A DNA stretch of 20,273 nucleotides from Chiloscyllium plagiosum (Eukaryota), in assembly GCF_004010195.1 (NCBI RefSeq), contig NC_057718.1:94779350-94799622 (forward strand), in the 5' to 3' direction. Both the position numbers and the translations under genes were made by a program. Position 1 is the first letter of the stretch; each line of letters begins with the position of its first letter. Shown here in pieces: positions 19,835 through 20,273 of the stretch. The notes beneath the pieces were generated by a model. That model saw only the letters and a program-made list of their open reading frames with translations. It was not told the DNA's origin and did no database searches.

Positions 19835-20273
19835 CCATAAGACCATAAGACATAGGAGCGGAAGTAAGGCAATTCGGCCCATTGAGTCCACTCCGCCATT
19901 CAATCATGGCTGATGGGCATTTCAACTCCACTTACCCGCATTCTCCCCGTAGCCCTTAATCCCTTGTGACATCAAGAATTTATCAATTTCTGCCTTGAAG
20001 ACATTTAGCGTCCCAGCCTCCACTGCACTCTGCGGCAATGAATTCCACAGGCCCACCACTCTCTGGCTGAAGAAATGTCTCCGCATTTTTGTTCTGAATT
20101 TACCCCCTCTAATTCTAAGGCTGTGTCCACGGGTCCTAGTCTCCTCACCTAACAGAAACAATTTCCTAGCATCCACCCTTTCCAAGCCATGTATTATCTT
20201 GTAAGTTTCTATTAGACCTCCCCTTACTCTTCTAAACTCCAATGAATACAATCCCAGGATCCTCAGCCATTCC
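19835..20273 (-). mobile_element. Younger CR1-clade LINE 3' end, running off the window edge
   Basis: ORF 19922-20251 (YSLEFRRVRGGLIETYKII...FFSQRVVGLWNSLPQSAVEAGTLNVFKAEIDKFL) is intact. The tail is ccataagaccataagacatagg. Confidence 0.95.

Noticed and set aside
1..20273. Prokaryotic systems (CRISPR arrays, operons, IS elements)
   Set aside because: No regularly spaced repeats or gene-dense ORFs; the content is vertebrate retroelements and microsatellites.

Overview
Eukaryotic, repeat-dense, apparently intronic or intergenic DNA. HE1-type SINEs, CR1-type LINE 3' ends and a Deu-domain SINE point to a shark or other elasmobranch (inference from recalled repeat consensus; no search was run). 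No host protein-coding exon could be recognised; the ORFs with recognisable homology are retroelement remnants (Rex1/Babar, CR1). Five things stand out. (1) Six short Penelope-like insertions from three sequence families carry minimal hammerhead-ribozyme motifs (CUGAUGA-stem II-GAAA-palindromic stem III). Four have 9-15 bp A-rich target-site duplications, two are head-to-head inverted pairs, and one is a 387-bp unit with a 57-bp terminal direct repeat and an intact core. (2) A 213-bp inverted duplication of a LINE 3' end plus its unique flank is inserted inside the same LINE (838-1050 / 1500-1712). (3) There is a 182-bp spacer-less palindrome centred on (TA)n (16194-16375). (4) A non-coding repeat shares the Rex1/Babar 3' tail. 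(5) Two repeat-free, TF-motif-rich blocks may be conserved enhancers. Boundaries of decayed repeats are approximate.
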